Origin: an uncultured cyanobacterium
Lineage (GTDB): Bacteria > Cyanobacteriota > Cyanobacteriia > PCC-6307 > Cyanobiaceae
DNA length: 64,000 nucleotides
Direction: 5' to 3'
Assembly: GCA_963765575.1 (NCBI GenBank)
Contig: CAVXWZ010000008.1
Location: 64,001-128,000 of the forward strand
Positions 45,097 to 54,858 of this stretch are shown piece by piece. The position numbers were made by a program, and so were the translations under genes. Numbering within the stretch: the first letter of the stretch is position 1; every line of letters starts with the position of its first letter. The notes beneath the pieces are model-generated. The model had not been told where the DNA came from and made no database searches. It saw nothing but the letters and a program-made list of their open reading frames with translations.

Positions 45097-46392
45097 ATGA
45101 CCCCTCCGCTCTGGCTGCGCCGGGTGCAGTTGCTCACCGGCCCCGGCCAGGGGCTACAGCGGCAGGATGCCCTGATCGACGGCCAGGGTTGCCTGCAGGG
45201 CTGGGGTGAATCGGCTGCCCGCCGCGCCTCGGAGCTGGGCCTCGAGCCGATTGCCGCCCACGGCTGGCTGCTGGCCCCCACGCTGGTGGATCCCCACAGC
45301 GTCCTGGAGCAGCCCTTCGAGGGCATGGCCGAGAGCCTCGACAGCCTGGCCCTAGCCGCGGCCGCCGGCGGCTACGGCACCGTGGCGCTGCTGCCCTGGG
45401 CCCAGCCCTGGCGGGACCGGCCCGAGCGGCTGCAGGGGTTGGCCTGGCCCGATCCCCTGCGGCTGATGCTCTGGGGCAGCTTCAGCGCCGAGGGCGCCGA
45501 TGCCGAGCTGGCCCCCCATGGCGACCAGCTGGCGGCGGGTGCGATCGGGGTGGCCGCAGGCGAGCAGGCCCCGCCACTGCCGTTGCTCGAACGGGGCCTG
45601 CTGCTGGGGGAGCTGGCCGACCGGCCGGTGCTGGTGCCCCCCCGCAGCGCCGCCCTCTGTGCCGGCGGATTCGTGCGCGAGGCGGTGGAGACCCTGCGGG
45701 CGGGCTGGCCACCGGATCCGGTGCTCAGCGAGACCCTCCCCCTGCAGTCCCTGCTGGCCCTGGCCGCGGCCCGCCCGGCCAGCCGCCTCACGCTGATGAA
45801 CCTCTCCACGGCCGCCGGCATCGCCCAGCTGCGTGCCGCCCCCGCTGCCCCGCCCTGCACGGTGAACTGGTGGCACCTGCTGGCCGACAGCGGCAGCCTC
45901 TCACCGGCGCAGGTGGGCTGGCGTCTGGTGCCGTCCCTGGGCAGCCCCCGCGACCGCCAGGCCCTGCGGACGGCGGCGCTGGAGGGCCTGATCAGCGCCG
46001 TGGCCGTGCATCACCGTCCCCTCGACGCCGAGGAGCAGTTGTTGCCCCTCGACCAGCGGCGGCCAGGCCTGGCCGGCCATGGGGCGCGCCACGGTCTGGT
46101 GCTGCCGCTGTTGTGGCGCGAGCTGGTGGAGGCCCACGGCTGCTCGGTGGAGCAGCTCTGGCAGTTGCTCAGCTGGGGCGGCTCGGCGGTGCTCGGTCTG
46201 CCGCCGGAACGCCTGGAGCTGGGCAGTCGCCGCTGGCTGCTGTTCGACCCCACGCAGCGCTGGACCTGGAGCCGGGCCGAGTCGCTGTCGCGGGCGGCGA
46301 ATCAGCCCCGGCTGGGGGCGCCCATCACCGGCGCGGTGCTGGCCACCGGGCTCAGGGAGCCGGCGAGCTGGCGGCTGACGTGGGCTCGCTGA
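45097..46392 (+). CDS. Dihydroorotase-like protein, probably inactive (PyrC')
   Basis: Amidohydrolase scaffold (LVDPH, AAAGGYGTV, AANQP) with degenerate metal ligands. Confidence 0.82.
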   Translation: MTPPLWLRRVQLLTGPGQGLQRQDALIDGQGCLQGWGESAARRASELGLEPIAAHGWLLAPTLVDPHSVLEQPFEGMAESLDSLALAAAAGGYGTVALLPWAQPWRDRPERLQGLAWPDPLRLMLWGSFSAEGADAELAPHGDQLAAGAIGVAAGEQAPPLPLLERGLLLGELADRPVLVPPRSAALCAGGFVREAVETLRAGWPPDPVLSETLPLQSLLALAAARPASRLTLMNLSTAAGIAQLRAAPAAPPCTVNWWHLLADSGSLSPAQVGWRLVPSLGSPRDRQALRTAALEGLISAVAVHHRPLDAEEQLLPLDQRRPGLAGHGARHGLVLPLLWRELVEAHGCSVEQLWQLLSWGGSAVLGLPPERLELGSRRWLLFDPTQRWTWSRAESLSRAANQPRLGAPITGAVLATGLREPASWRLTWAR

Positions 46393-47107
46393 GCGGCACC
46401 AGGCTGCCCATCTGATCGAAGGGGTAGAAGCGCAGGAAGGCCCGCCCGATGATCTCCTGCTGGGGAATGAAGGGGCCGCCGGGCCAGAAGCGGCCGTCCC
46501 AGCTGTTGGCCCGGTTGTCCCCCAGGGCGAGAACGTGGCCGGGGGGCACCACGGCGTTGATCGTGCGGCAGGGCCCCATGCCCTGGGCGTCCACCGGACA
46601 GAGGTTCTGGACGTAGGGCTCCTGGAGTCGGCGGCCGTTGATGCTGACCTGCCCCAGGGGATCCACCACCACCCGCTCGCCGGGCAGGGCCACCACCCGC
46701 TTGATGTAGGCGTCGCAGGCCGGGCTCGCCAGCCCCGGCAGATTGCCCACCACCGGCAGGTTCACCAGCAGGCAGCGCAGGGGATTGTGGTCGGCGCTGC
46801 TGGCCAGTACCGAATCGAAGCGGTGGGGGGAGTGGAACACCACGATCTCGCCGCGCTGCGGGGGCCGGCGGCGGTAGGTGAGTTTTTCCACCAGCAGCCG
46901 GTCCTGGATCTGCAGGCTGGGCAGCATGGAGCCGGAGGGGATGTAGCGGGCCTCCACCAGCACATGGCGGATGCCCAGGGCCACCGCCAGGGTGATGACC
47001 ACGCTGCGCCAGAACGCCCAGGGACTGTCGGCGTGCTGGGGGTGGCCTCCGCTCCCTACGGCCTCCTGACGCCCTTCCTCGGAGTCCTTCAGGTTGGGTT
47101 CACGCAA
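46352..47107 (-). CDS. lepB: Signal peptidase I
   Basis: IPSGSMLP, YIKRVVALPG and GDNRANSWDGR; start uncertain. Confidence 0.95.
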   Translation of the reverse strand: MREPNLKDSEEGRQEAVGSGGHPQHADSPWAFWRSVVITLAVALGIRHVLVEARYIPSGSMLPSLQIQDRLLVEKLTYRRRPPQRGEIVVFHSPHRFDSVLASSADHNPLRCLLVNLPVVGNLPGLASPACDAYIKRVVALPGERVVVDPLGQVSINGRRLQEPYVQNLCPVDAQGMGPCRTINAVVPPGHVLALGDNRANSWDGRFWPGGPFIPQQEIIGRAFLRFYPFDQMGSLVPLSEPTSAASSPAP

Positions 47108-47188
47108 CGGCAAGGGTCTCCTCCAGGGGGCCGGCGCACGCAGCGGCAGCCAAGGCAGATTAGGCAGGCCTTCCCCACCCCCCTGCCG

Positions 47189-48754
47189 ATGGTCCGCCCC
47201 CGCTGGCAGCGTCCCCGCCGTCCCTCGCGGAGCGTGCTGGAGCGCAACTGGGGGCGCTTCGTGGCGGTGTGGGCCAGCCTCAACCTGGTGTGGGTGGCCT
47301 TTGACCTCACCTACGTGGCCCTGCGCCCCTTCTGGCTGCAGCGCAATCTGCACCCGATTCCTGGCGTGCCCCTGACGGTGCCCCTGCGGATGCTGCCCGA
47401 CATCACACCCCTGATGGACCCGTTGAAGGGGATCGAGCCGCACCGGGAGACCCAGGCCTACCTGGACCAGTTCAACAGCCTCGATGCGGCCCTCGCCGGC
47501 GCCCCTGATCCCCTCGGCCCCGAGCAGCTGGCGTTGCTGCAGCAACAGGCGGAGCTCACCGAACAGATGATCGACACCGACCCCTTCCAGGGCTCAGGGC
47601 AGAGCGGCACGTTGGAGCGGATCAAGAATCTCCTGCGTGATCGGGCTGATCAGGATTCCGCCAAGCTCGCCTCCAGTCAGCTGCTCAGCCCGGCCTGGCT
47701 GCAGCAGCGGCCTTGGCTTGAGGAGCGCCAGTTCTGGCGCCAGCAGGTGCTGCCGCTGGTGGAGACCAACTACTGGCGCTCGATCAACGAGAACGCCCGG
47801 CCCACCGACGAGTCGTGGCGCATTGATCTGCTGCTCTTCCAGTGGGTGTTCCTGCTCGACATCCTGCTGCGGGTGGTGCGTCTGCGCCAGCGCATCCCCG
47901 GCCTGCGCTGGCGGGATGCCCTGCTGCGGCGCTGGATCGACCTGCCCCTGCTGCTGCCCTTCTGGCGCTGGCTGCGGATCGGGCCGGTGGTGGAGCGGCT
48001 GCAGACCTCCGGGCTGGCGAATTTCGAGCCCCTGCGGGCGGTTGTGAGTCGCGGTGTGGTGGCGTTGCTGGCCGTGGAGCTGTTCGAGGTGCTGGCCCTG
48101 CAGCTCATCGACGGCTTGCAGGGCCTGGTGCGCTCCCAGCGCTGGCCCCAGCGGATCCGCTCCCTGCGCAGTCACCAGTCGGTGATCCGCGATGAGGACG
48201 AGCGCCAGGTGCTGGAACTGCTGCGCATCTGGGGTCCGCTGCTGCTCTCGGAGGTGGCACCGCGCCTGGCGCCCGAACTCCAGGGCTTGCTGGGCTACAG
48301 CCTGCGTCAGAGCCTCGATCGCACCGTGGTGCCGCCGCCCCTGCGCCAGCTGAAGCCCCTGCTGCGCATTGAATCCGGCCTCAGCACCCAGCTGGCCGGG
48401 GGCATGGTGGACAGCCTGCTGGACCTCTCGCGCAGCACCGGCAAGCGGCTGGGCCGCACCGATGACGCCCAGATGGAGATGCTGCAGCGCTGCATTGACC
48501 GCTTCTGGGATGAACTGGCCCTGAGCCTGGAGACGGGGCCCGCCCTGGAGCGCTCCCAGGATCTGATCTGTGCCCTGATCGAGGGCTTGAAGAGCACCTA
48601 CCTGAGCCGGATCAGCCGGGCGCGCATCACTGCCCTGATCGAGGAGCTCGATCAGCTGATGGCCAGCCCCACCGCGGCGCCGGCCGGCAGCTTCGACGCC
48701 GATGCCCAGGCTGGCGACGAGCCGGAGGCGGGGTCGCCCGCCAGCCGCCGCTGA
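47189..48754 (+). CDS. Conserved cyanobacterial membrane protein of unknown function
   Basis: Long coding-like ORF with TM segments; FDLTYVALRPFWL and KGIEPHR. Confidence 0.8.
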   Translation: MVRPRWQRPRRPSRSVLERNWGRFVAVWASLNLVWVAFDLTYVALRPFWLQRNLHPIPGVPLTVPLRMLPDITPLMDPLKGIEPHRETQAYLDQFNSLDAALAGAPDPLGPEQLALLQQQAELTEQMIDTDPFQGSGQSGTLERIKNLLRDRADQDSAKLASSQLLSPAWLQQRPWLEERQFWRQQVLPLVETNYWRSINENARPTDESWRIDLLLFQWVFLLDILLRVVRLRQRIPGLRWRDALLRRWIDLPLLLPFWRWLRIGPVVERLQTSGLANFEPLRAVVSRGVVALLAVELFEVLALQLIDGLQGLVRSQRWPQRIRSLRSHQSVIRDEDERQVLELLRIWGPLLLSEVAPRLAPELQGLLGYSLRQSLDRTVVPPPLRQLKPLLRIESGLSTQLAGGMVDSLLDLSRSTGKRLGRTDDAQMEMLQRCIDRFWDELALSLETGPALERSQDLICALIEGLKSTYLSRISRARITALIEELDQLMASPTAAPAGSFDADAQAGDEPEAGSPASRR

Positions 48755-48763
48755 GCCCAGCGC

Positions 48764-49111
48764 TCACCCCAGCAGCAACTGCTGCCACTCCTCGGGCTGG
48801 AAGCCCGTGAGCACGCGTCCATCGCCGGTGATCAGAAACGGTCGCCGGATCAGTTTGCCGTCGGCGGCCAGGGCCGCCAAGGCCTGCTCGTCGTCCATGG
48901 CCTGGACGGCCGCGGCTCCAAGGGCCCGGTAGCTCAGTCCGCTGGTGTTGAACAGCCGCTTGCGGCCGAGCTGCTCAAAGGCCAGGGCCAGCTCGGCCCG
49001 GCTGGGGGGGCGCTGGCTGATGTCGATGGGCTCGATCGTCAGACCGTTGACCTGGAGCCAGGCCAGGGCCTTGCGGCAGGTGCCGCAGCGGGGATAGCTG
49101 TAGAGCTTCAC
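48764..49111 (-). CDS. ArsC/Spx/MgsR family protein
   Basis: YPRCGTCRKA, FNTSG and LIRRPF. Confidence 0.92.
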   Translation of the reverse strand: MKLYSYPRCGTCRKALAWLQVNGLTIEPIDISQRPPSRAELALAFEQLGRKRLFNTSGLSYRALGAAAVQAMDDEQALAALAADGKLIRRPFLITGDGRVLTGFQPEEWQQLLLG

Positions 49112-49138
49112 GGCCGGGGGGAGATGCCGGTGCCGCGC

Positions 49139-49501
49139 TCAGCGGCGGCCCACCAAGGCCTTGAGGGCTCCCATCAGGGAGTTGGACCCCTTGCCCACAG
49201 CCTCGTCGGGACGGGTGCGCACCGTGACGTCGCCGTTGACGCTGGTGCGGCAGCTGAGGCGAAAGTTGGCCGGACGGTCGGCCAGATAGACCTGCTCCAC
49301 ATCGCTGCGGGGCGAGAGGTTCTGCATGCCCTCGATCACCTCCATGACACAGGTGCCGCACTGGCCCAGCCCGCCGCAGTTGTTGAGGTTGTTCAGGCCC
49401 TTGTAGGGGTTGATGCCGGCATCGAGGGCCGCCTTGCGGAGATTGGCACCTTCAATGCAACCGACCTGCTGGCCTTCCTGTTCAAAACGGATGCTGGGCA
49501 C
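49139..49501 (-). CDS. 2Fe-2S ferredoxin (complete copy)
   Basis: NCGGLGQCGTC...RLSC cluster ligands; GTG start. Confidence 0.9.
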   Translation of the reverse strand: MPSIRFEQEGQQVGCIEGANLRKAALDAGINPYKGLNNLNNCGGLGQCGTCVMEVIEGMQNLSPRSDVEQVYLADRPANFRLSCRTSVNGDVTVRTRPDEAVGKGSNSLMGALKALVGRR

Positions 49502-50015
49502 GGCCGGCTTGGGGGGTGAAGGGGGGGGGGGGGGGGGGTGGGGTGTGGGGGGGTGGGTGTGGGGTTGTGTGTGGTGGTGTTGGTGGGTTGTGTTTTTGTG
49601 GTGTGGTGGTGTTGTTTGGTGTTTTGTGGTGGTTTGTGGTGTTTTTTGGTTTGTGTTGTGGTGTGTGTGTGTTTTGTTTTTGTGGTGTTTGTGTTTGTGT
49701 GGTTGTGGTGTGTGGTGGTGGGTGTGTTGAGGGGGTGGGTGGGGTGAGCTGAGGCGAAAGTTGGCCGGACGGTCGGCCAGATAGACCTGCTCCACATCGC
49801 TGCGGGGCGAGAGGTTCTGCATGCCCTCGATCACCTCCATGACACAGGTGCCGCACTGGCCCAGCCCGCCGCAGTTGTTGAGGTTGTTCAGGCCCTTGTA
49901 GGGGTTGATGCCGGCATCGAGGGCCGCCTTGCGGAGATTGGCACCTTCAATGCAACCGACCTGCTGGCCTTCCTGTTCAAAACGGATGCTGGGCACGGCC
50001 GGCTTGGGGGGTGAA
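49252..50015. repeat. Exact 269-bp direct duplication (49252-49520 = 49747-50015) flanking a 226-bp G/T-only tract (49521-49746)
   Basis: The two copies read identically by eye at offset 495. The spacer starts with a G run and is G/T-only except one A at 49730. Confidence 0.95.
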
Positions 50016-50047
50016 CAAGCCTCCAAACTTAGGACCTCCAGGGTCGG

Positions 50048-50794
50048 ATGCCTAGCATCGCCCCCAGATGTTGCGGGCCCTTGGGAGCGAACCAGCCAAG
50101 TCTTGACGCCACCAGTGGCGGCTCCGGCCAGGCCGGTGAATCCCAGGGCTATGACCTGGTGGTGCAGCAGCTGATCCCGGGCTACGCCAGCCTGGCCCGG
50201 CTGGCCGTGGCCCTGCTGGCGGCCTCTCCCCGGGCTGGCCGGCCGGGTTCCTCCGTGCTGGTGGCGGGCTGTGGCACCGGGGCCGAGCTGGTGGAGGCCC
50301 GGGCCCAGCGTCCCGACTGGCAAGTCACCGCCATCGACCCCTCCCTGGCGATGCTGGAGGCGGCCCGCAGTCGCCTGGGCGGGGAGGCGATCCACTGGCA
50401 GCAGGCGCGGGTGGAAGAGCTCGAGGCCCAGGATTGTTTCGCCGGCGCGCTTTCGGTGCTGGTGCTGCAGTCCTTGGCCGATGACGGCACCAAGCTCGCC
50501 TTCCTCACGGCCCTGGCCCGCAGCCTCGAGCCTGGCGGCCAGCTGGTGCTGGTGGACCTGATGGCTCCCGAGCGTTCGCCCCTGCAGGCCCAGGTGCAGG
50601 CTGCCTGGCTGGGCTTCCAGCGGGCCAGTGGTCTCGACGAGCGGGCGAGCCGCGAGGCCGCCCTCACCCAGCAGCTGCATCCGATTGGTGTGTCCCGGCT
50701 CACGGCCCTGGTGAACGCCGCTGGATTCGGCGATCCGGCCCGCATCTTCCAGGCCCTGGGCTACGAGGGCTTCCTGCTCCAGCGGGCGACCTAG
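50048..50794 (+). CDS. Class I SAM-dependent methyltransferase
   Basis: [16 protein letters not shown] and LEPGGQLV. Confidence 0.9.
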   Translation: MPSIAPRCCGPLGANQPSLDATSGGSGQAGESQGYDLVVQQLIPGYASLARLAVALLAASPRAGRPGSSVLVAGCGTGAELVEARAQRPDWQVTAIDPSLAMLEAARSRLGGEAIHWQQARVEELEAQDCFAGALSVLVLQSLADDGTKLAFLTALARSLEPGGQLVLVDLMAPERSPLQAQVQAAWLGFQRASGLDERASREAALTQQLHPIGVSRLTALVNAAGFGDPARIFQALGYEGFLLQRAT

Positions 50795-51300
50795 GCCGCG
50801 GCGTCGATGCAGCGTTGCAGGAGCGCTGGCACCGCGTCCTCGTCCTGCCAGCCCAGGATCTCGGTGACGCGCCCCTCGATGCTCTTGTAGGTGCGGAAGA
50901 ATTCGGCCACCTCCTCAAGCTGCTCGTTGGCGATCTGACGGATCGAGCTCACGCGCCGGTTGGGGATGTCGGCCTCCGGCACGCACAGCAGCTTGCCGTC
51001 GTGGGCGCCGCTGTCGACCATGTCCAGGATGCCGATCGGACGGGCCCGGATCAGACAGCCCGCGAAGGTGGGCTCCTCGATGATCACCAGGGCATCGAGG
51101 GGTGAGCCGTCCTCGGCGAGGGTGTTCGGCACGAAGCCGTAGTCGAAGGGATAGCGCACCGAGGAGTGCAGGATCCGGTCGAGGGCCATGACGCCGGCAA
51201 GGGCGTTGTACTCGTATTTATTGCGCGAGCCAGCGGGGATTTCCACCACCAGGTTCACGAGCCCTGGTGCTGGGGATGCCGGCAGTTGGCTCAGATCCAT
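50791..51300 (-). CDS. ppa: Inorganic pyrophosphatase
   Basis: [28 protein letters not shown] and FFRTYK. Confidence 0.96.
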   Translation of the reverse strand: MDLSQLPASPAPGLVNLVVEIPAGSRNKYEYNALAGVMALDRILHSSVRYPFDYGFVPNTLAEDGSPLDALVIIEEPTFAGCLIRARPIGILDMVDSGAHDGKLLCVPEADIPNRRVSSIRQIANEQLEEVAEFFRTYKSIEGRVTEILGWQDEDAVPALLQRCIDAAA

Positions 51301-51544
51301 GGACGCGGGCTGGATCCGCAGGGGGATCGGGGGATGGTGGGCGTGCCACCAGCACGGTGACGAGGGGCAGGAGCACGGCCATCAGGCCGATCAGGCTGCC
51401 GGCGGCATCCAGGAGCGTGCGTAGGCCTGGACTGTAGGGGTCGTCGGTGTTGTCGTCGCCGGCCTCGCGATGGAGGGCGGCGCTGGCGGACTCCCGGTGG
51501 GCAGACGCCGCTGGGGCGGAGGCCGGTTCAGAGGTGACGGTCAT
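51218..51544 (-). CDS. Hypothetical single-TM protein overlapping the ppa 5' end
   Basis: ATG start and a hydrophobic helix ([16 protein letters not shown]); fills the gap between ppa and the next gene. Confidence 0.55.
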   Translation of the reverse strand: MTVTSEPASAPAASAHRESASAALHREAGDDNTDDPYSPGLRTLLDAAGSLIGLMAVLLPLVTVLVARPPSPDPPADPARVHGSEPTAGIPSTRAREPGGGNPRWLAQ

Positions 51545-51694
51545 GGGGTGGGCGCCGGAGCGACACCACAGGGGGCGGCGGCTCTGAAGGCACCGGGAAC
51601 GCCGGCGGGGGCGGACATGGTGAGTTCATAATTCTGACACCAGAGGCTTCCGTTGACGACGGTTGGCTGGGGGGCCTCTGCTGCAGCGGCGGCC

Positions 51695-52252
51695 TCAGGC
51701 GGCTGGTCGGTTCTGCTGGTCGAATCGGCTGCCGCTGGTGGCGGGACGGAGCGTGTCGCCAGGCCCCTGATCGAGGCGGTCGAGGCGCTGACGGATCGCC
51801 TGCAGTTCGCCCAGAATCGCCGTGAGCAGCTCCTGACTGGCGGTGGAGGGCGAGTTGAGCACCTCCACGGTGACGTCCTTGATGCGCAGCACGTCGCGGG
51901 CGAAGCGGGCGACTTCGTCGGGGTGGAAGAGCAGCGGATCCTTCTGATCTGTGCGGTATTCGGGGTTCAGCCGGCGCGGGTTGAAGGGTGGGTTGAGCTG
52001 GCGCGGGTCGGTGTTGGTGTAGCGATACACCGAAGCTCGCGAGCGATTGAGGGCGTTTTGGACCTCATCGATGCCGATCAGGCCTGCGCTGGAGCCGCTG
52101 GGGCCCTCCTGGTGCGAGGCCGCAGAGACCAGGGGGATGGGATCTGCTGAGACGGGTGCTGGCTGGGTTGGCTGCTGGGCTGGTGAATGGGCTGGTGGCT
52201 GGGGCTCAAAGGAGCGGCCCAGGGGATCGGCACTGCCTGGGCTGGCGGGCAT
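51695..52252 (-). CDS. Conserved cyanobacterial HTH protein (excisionase/MerR-like, often labelled 'resolvase')
   Basis: IGIDEVQNALNRSRASVYRY HTH and a C-terminal coiled coil; start uncertain. Confidence 0.82.
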   Translation of the reverse strand: MPASPGSADPLGRSFEPQPPAHSPAQQPTQPAPVSADPIPLVSAASHQEGPSGSSAGLIGIDEVQNALNRSRASVYRYTNTDPRQLNPPFNPRRLNPEYRTDQKDPLLFHPDEVARFARDVLRIKDVTVEVLNSPSTASQELLTAILGELQAIRQRLDRLDQGPGDTLRPATSGSRFDQQNRPAA

Positions 52253-52378
52253 GAGACGCGGCTGAGACTGATGGGAATTGATTGCAAGTTAGCAGGGGCT
52301 TGCCCCCCCCCGATGTGCCTTCGGTGACCAGTCTCAGGGGCAGTGGTAGCTTCCGCCGGACCCCCGCTGCCAGCCGCC

Positions 52379-54232
52379 ATGCGCGTCTCCCGCCTGATGC
52401 TGGTGACGCTGCGGGACGATCCGGCCGAAGCCGAGATCCCCTCCCACAAACTGCTGCTGCGGGCCGGCTACATCCGGAGGGTGGCACCGGGAATTTTTGC
52501 CTATCTGCCCCTGATGTGGCGGGTGCTGCGCAAGGTCTCACGGGTGGTGCGCCAGGAGATGGATGCGGCCGGCGGCCTTGAGACCCTGCTGCCCCAGCTG
52601 CAGCCCGCAGACCTCTGGCGGCGAAGCGGCCGCTGGGCCGGCTACACCGCCGGCGAGGGCATCATGTTTCACCTCGAGGATCGCCAGGGGCGGGAGCTGG
52701 GCCTGGGGCCCACCCACGAGGAGGTGATCACTGCTCTGGCCAGCGATCTGCTGCGCTCCTACCGGCAGCTGCCGGTGAATCTCTATCAGATTCAGACCAA
52801 ATTCCGCGATGAGATCCGTCCCCGCTTCGGCCTGATGCGGGGACGGGAATTCATCATGAAGGATGCCTATTCCTTCCACGCCGATGAGGCCTGCCTGGCC
52901 GACACCTACCAGGCCATGGACCGGGCCTACCGGCGCATCTTCGCCCGCTGCGGCCTGCGCACCGTGGCGGTGGAGGCCGACAGCGGCGCCATCGGTGGTT
53001 CAGCCAGCCAGGAGTTCATGGTCACCGCCGAGGCTGGCGAGGACCTGATCCTGACCAGCGGCGACGGCCGCTATGCAGCCAACCAGGAGCGGGCCGAGTC
53101 GCTGGCGCCCGAGGCCATCCCCTTGCCGGGCGGGCGCCGGGCGGCTGGAGCCGGTGAGATCCTCTCCACCCCCGCCGAGGCGAGCATCGAGCAGCTCTGC
53201 CGCGGCCAGGCCCTCGAGCCCAGCCAGCTTGTCAAGGTGCTGCTGCTGCTGGCCCGCTTCGAGGACGGCAGCGACCAGCCCCTGCTGGTGTCCCTGCGCG
53301 GGGATCAGCAACTCAACGAGGTGAAGCTCACCAATGCTTTGGCCAGCCGCCTTGGGGAGCGCCACGGGGCGGTGCTGGAGCTCATGCCCATCACCCCCGA
53401 ACTGCTCCAGGGCCAGGGGCTGGAGCCCCTGCCCTTCGGCTTCCTCGGCCCCCAGCTCGGGGATGGCGTGCTGGCCGGCTGCCGCAGCTGGGCCAGCACC
53501 TTCCTGCGCCTGACGGACCACAGCGCCGCCGACCTGGAGGCCTTCGTGTGTGGAGCCAACCAGCGCGATCAGCATCTGCTGGGTGCCAGCTGGAGTGGCC
53601 TGGGCGCCGCCGGGGCAGCAGGCCTGGAGGCGCTTGACCTGCGCTCCGCCCAGCCGGGAGACCGCTGTTGCCATGACCCCGCCCAGCAGCTGCAAGCCAG
53701 CCGGGGCATCGAGGTGGGTCACATTTTTCAGTTGGGCCGCAAGTACTCCCAGGCCATGGAGGCCTGTTTCACCAGCGAGGCCGGCAGCAGTGAGCCCTTC
53801 TGGATGGGCTGCTACGGCATCGGTGTGTCGCGGCTGGCCCAGGCGGCCGTGGAGCAGCACCATGACGCCAACGGCATCCGCTGGCCCCTGGCGATTGCCC
53901 CCTTCGAGGTGCTGGTGGTGCCCGCCAACGGGGCCGATGCGGCCCAGGCGGCCCTGGCGGAGCAGCTCTACGGGCAGCTGCAGCAGGCCGGCGTCGAGAC
54001 GCTGCTTGACGATCGAGCCGAGCGGGCGGGGGTGAAGTTCAAGGACGGCGATCTGATCGGCATCCCCTGGCGGGTGGTGGTTGGTCGTGGGGCGGCAGCG
54101 GGCCGCATCGAGCTGGTGGACCGCTGCGCCCCAGGGCCGCGGGAGCTGCCGGCTGCCGATCTGGTGCAGCAGCTGCTGCCGCTCATCCAGCAGCAGCGGC
54201 GGGGACTGCCAGCAGCAGCGGGGACTGCCTGA
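52379..54232 (+). CDS. proS: Proline--tRNA ligase
   Basis: SHKLLLRAG, GPTHEE, FRDEIRPRFG, IEVGHIFQLG and MGCYGIG. Confidence 0.98.
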   Translation: MRVSRLMLVTLRDDPAEAEIPSHKLLLRAGYIRRVAPGIFAYLPLMWRVLRKVSRVVRQEMDAAGGLETLLPQLQPADLWRRSGRWAGYTAGEGIMFHLEDRQGRELGLGPTHEEVITALASDLLRSYRQLPVNLYQIQTKFRDEIRPRFGLMRGREFIMKDAYSFHADEACLADTYQAMDRAYRRIFARCGLRTVAVEADSGAIGGSASQEFMVTAEAGEDLILTSGDGRYAANQERAESLAPEAIPLPGGRRAAGAGEILSTPAEASIEQLCRGQALEPSQLVKVLLLLARFEDGSDQPLLVSLRGDQQLNEVKLTNALASRLGERHGAVLELMPITPELLQGQGLEPLPFGFLGPQLGDGVLAGCRSWASTFLRLTDHSAADLEAFVCGANQRDQHLLGASWSGLGAAGAAGLEALDLRSAQPGDRCCHDPAQQLQASRGIEVGHIFQLGRKYSQAMEACFTSEAGSSEPFWMGCYGIGVSRLAQAAVEQHHDANGIRWPLAIAPFEVLVVPANGADAAQAALAEQLYGQLQQAGVETLLDDRAERAGVKFKDGDLIGIPWRVVVGRGAAAGRIELVDRCAPGPRELPAADLVQQLLPLIQQQRRGLPAAAGTA

Positions 54233-54327
54233 GGCCTGACTGCTGCCACCACCGCGGCCCTGCGGCTGGGCTGCCGGAAGAGCGATTCCGCGCCGTCCTT
54301 AAGATCCGACTTCCTGCAAGCGCTGCC

Positions 54328-54762
54328 ATGGCTCCCGCCTTCTCCCCCTCGCTCCAGTGGTGGCGAGAGCGCTGGGGGCGCGCCCTGGCGGCACTGGCAC
54401 TGGTGGGTTGCCTGCTGCTGGGTGCCTGCAGTGCCAGCAGTTCCGGCCTCACGGGCAGCTATGTCGACGACACCGTCGCAGTGGCCGACAGCCTGATCAC
54501 CACCGTGGCCCTGGCCGCCGACGACCCGGACCGCAGCGACGCCGAGACCGCAGCCCGCAACCTGATCATCGACTACATGGCCCGCTACCGCCCGCGGCCT
54601 TCCGTGAATGGCCTGGCCTCCTTCACCACCATGCAGACCGCCCTCAACTCCATCGCCGGTCACTACGCCAACTACCCCAACCGCCCGCTGCCGGAGGCGC
54701 TGCGTGAGCGCGTCACCAAGGAACTGCAGAAGGCTGAGCGGGGTGTGACGCGGGGAGCTTGA
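54328..54762 (+). CDS. psb27: Photosystem II assembly lipoprotein Psb27
   Basis: Lipobox LGAC, YVDDT and SFTTMQTALNSIAGHY. Confidence 0.95.
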   Translation: MAPAFSPSLQWWRERWGRALAALALVGCLLLGACSASSSGLTGSYVDDTVAVADSLITTVALAADDPDRSDAETAARNLIIDYMARYRPRPSVNGLASFTTMQTALNSIAGHYANYPNRPLPEALRERVTKELQKAERGVTRGA

Positions 54763-54858
54763 GGCCCGCGTCCATCGCGGCGCGGCCACCACCCTTTACG
54801 AACTCCCCTGCTGGGTGAGAGGCTCTTCGCTTGTGTTCACAAACGGCTTCAGGCCGTC

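Noticed and set aside
42201..45326. 1041-aa minus-strand ORF as a giant fusion protein
   Set aside because: Only the last ~468 aa are the CPBP protease; the rest is antisense to the histidine phosphatase gene.
49521..49746. G/T tract as a converted copy (A to T, C to G) of neighbouring sequence, or as a telomeric repeat
   Set aside because: Converting the sequence after 50015 did not reproduce the tract, and no fixed repeat unit is visible.
49139..50680. 513-aa 'His-rich double ferredoxin'
   Set aside because: The N-terminal part is antisense to the methyltransferase and the linker is the suspect G/T tract, so it is not accepted as a protein without read support.
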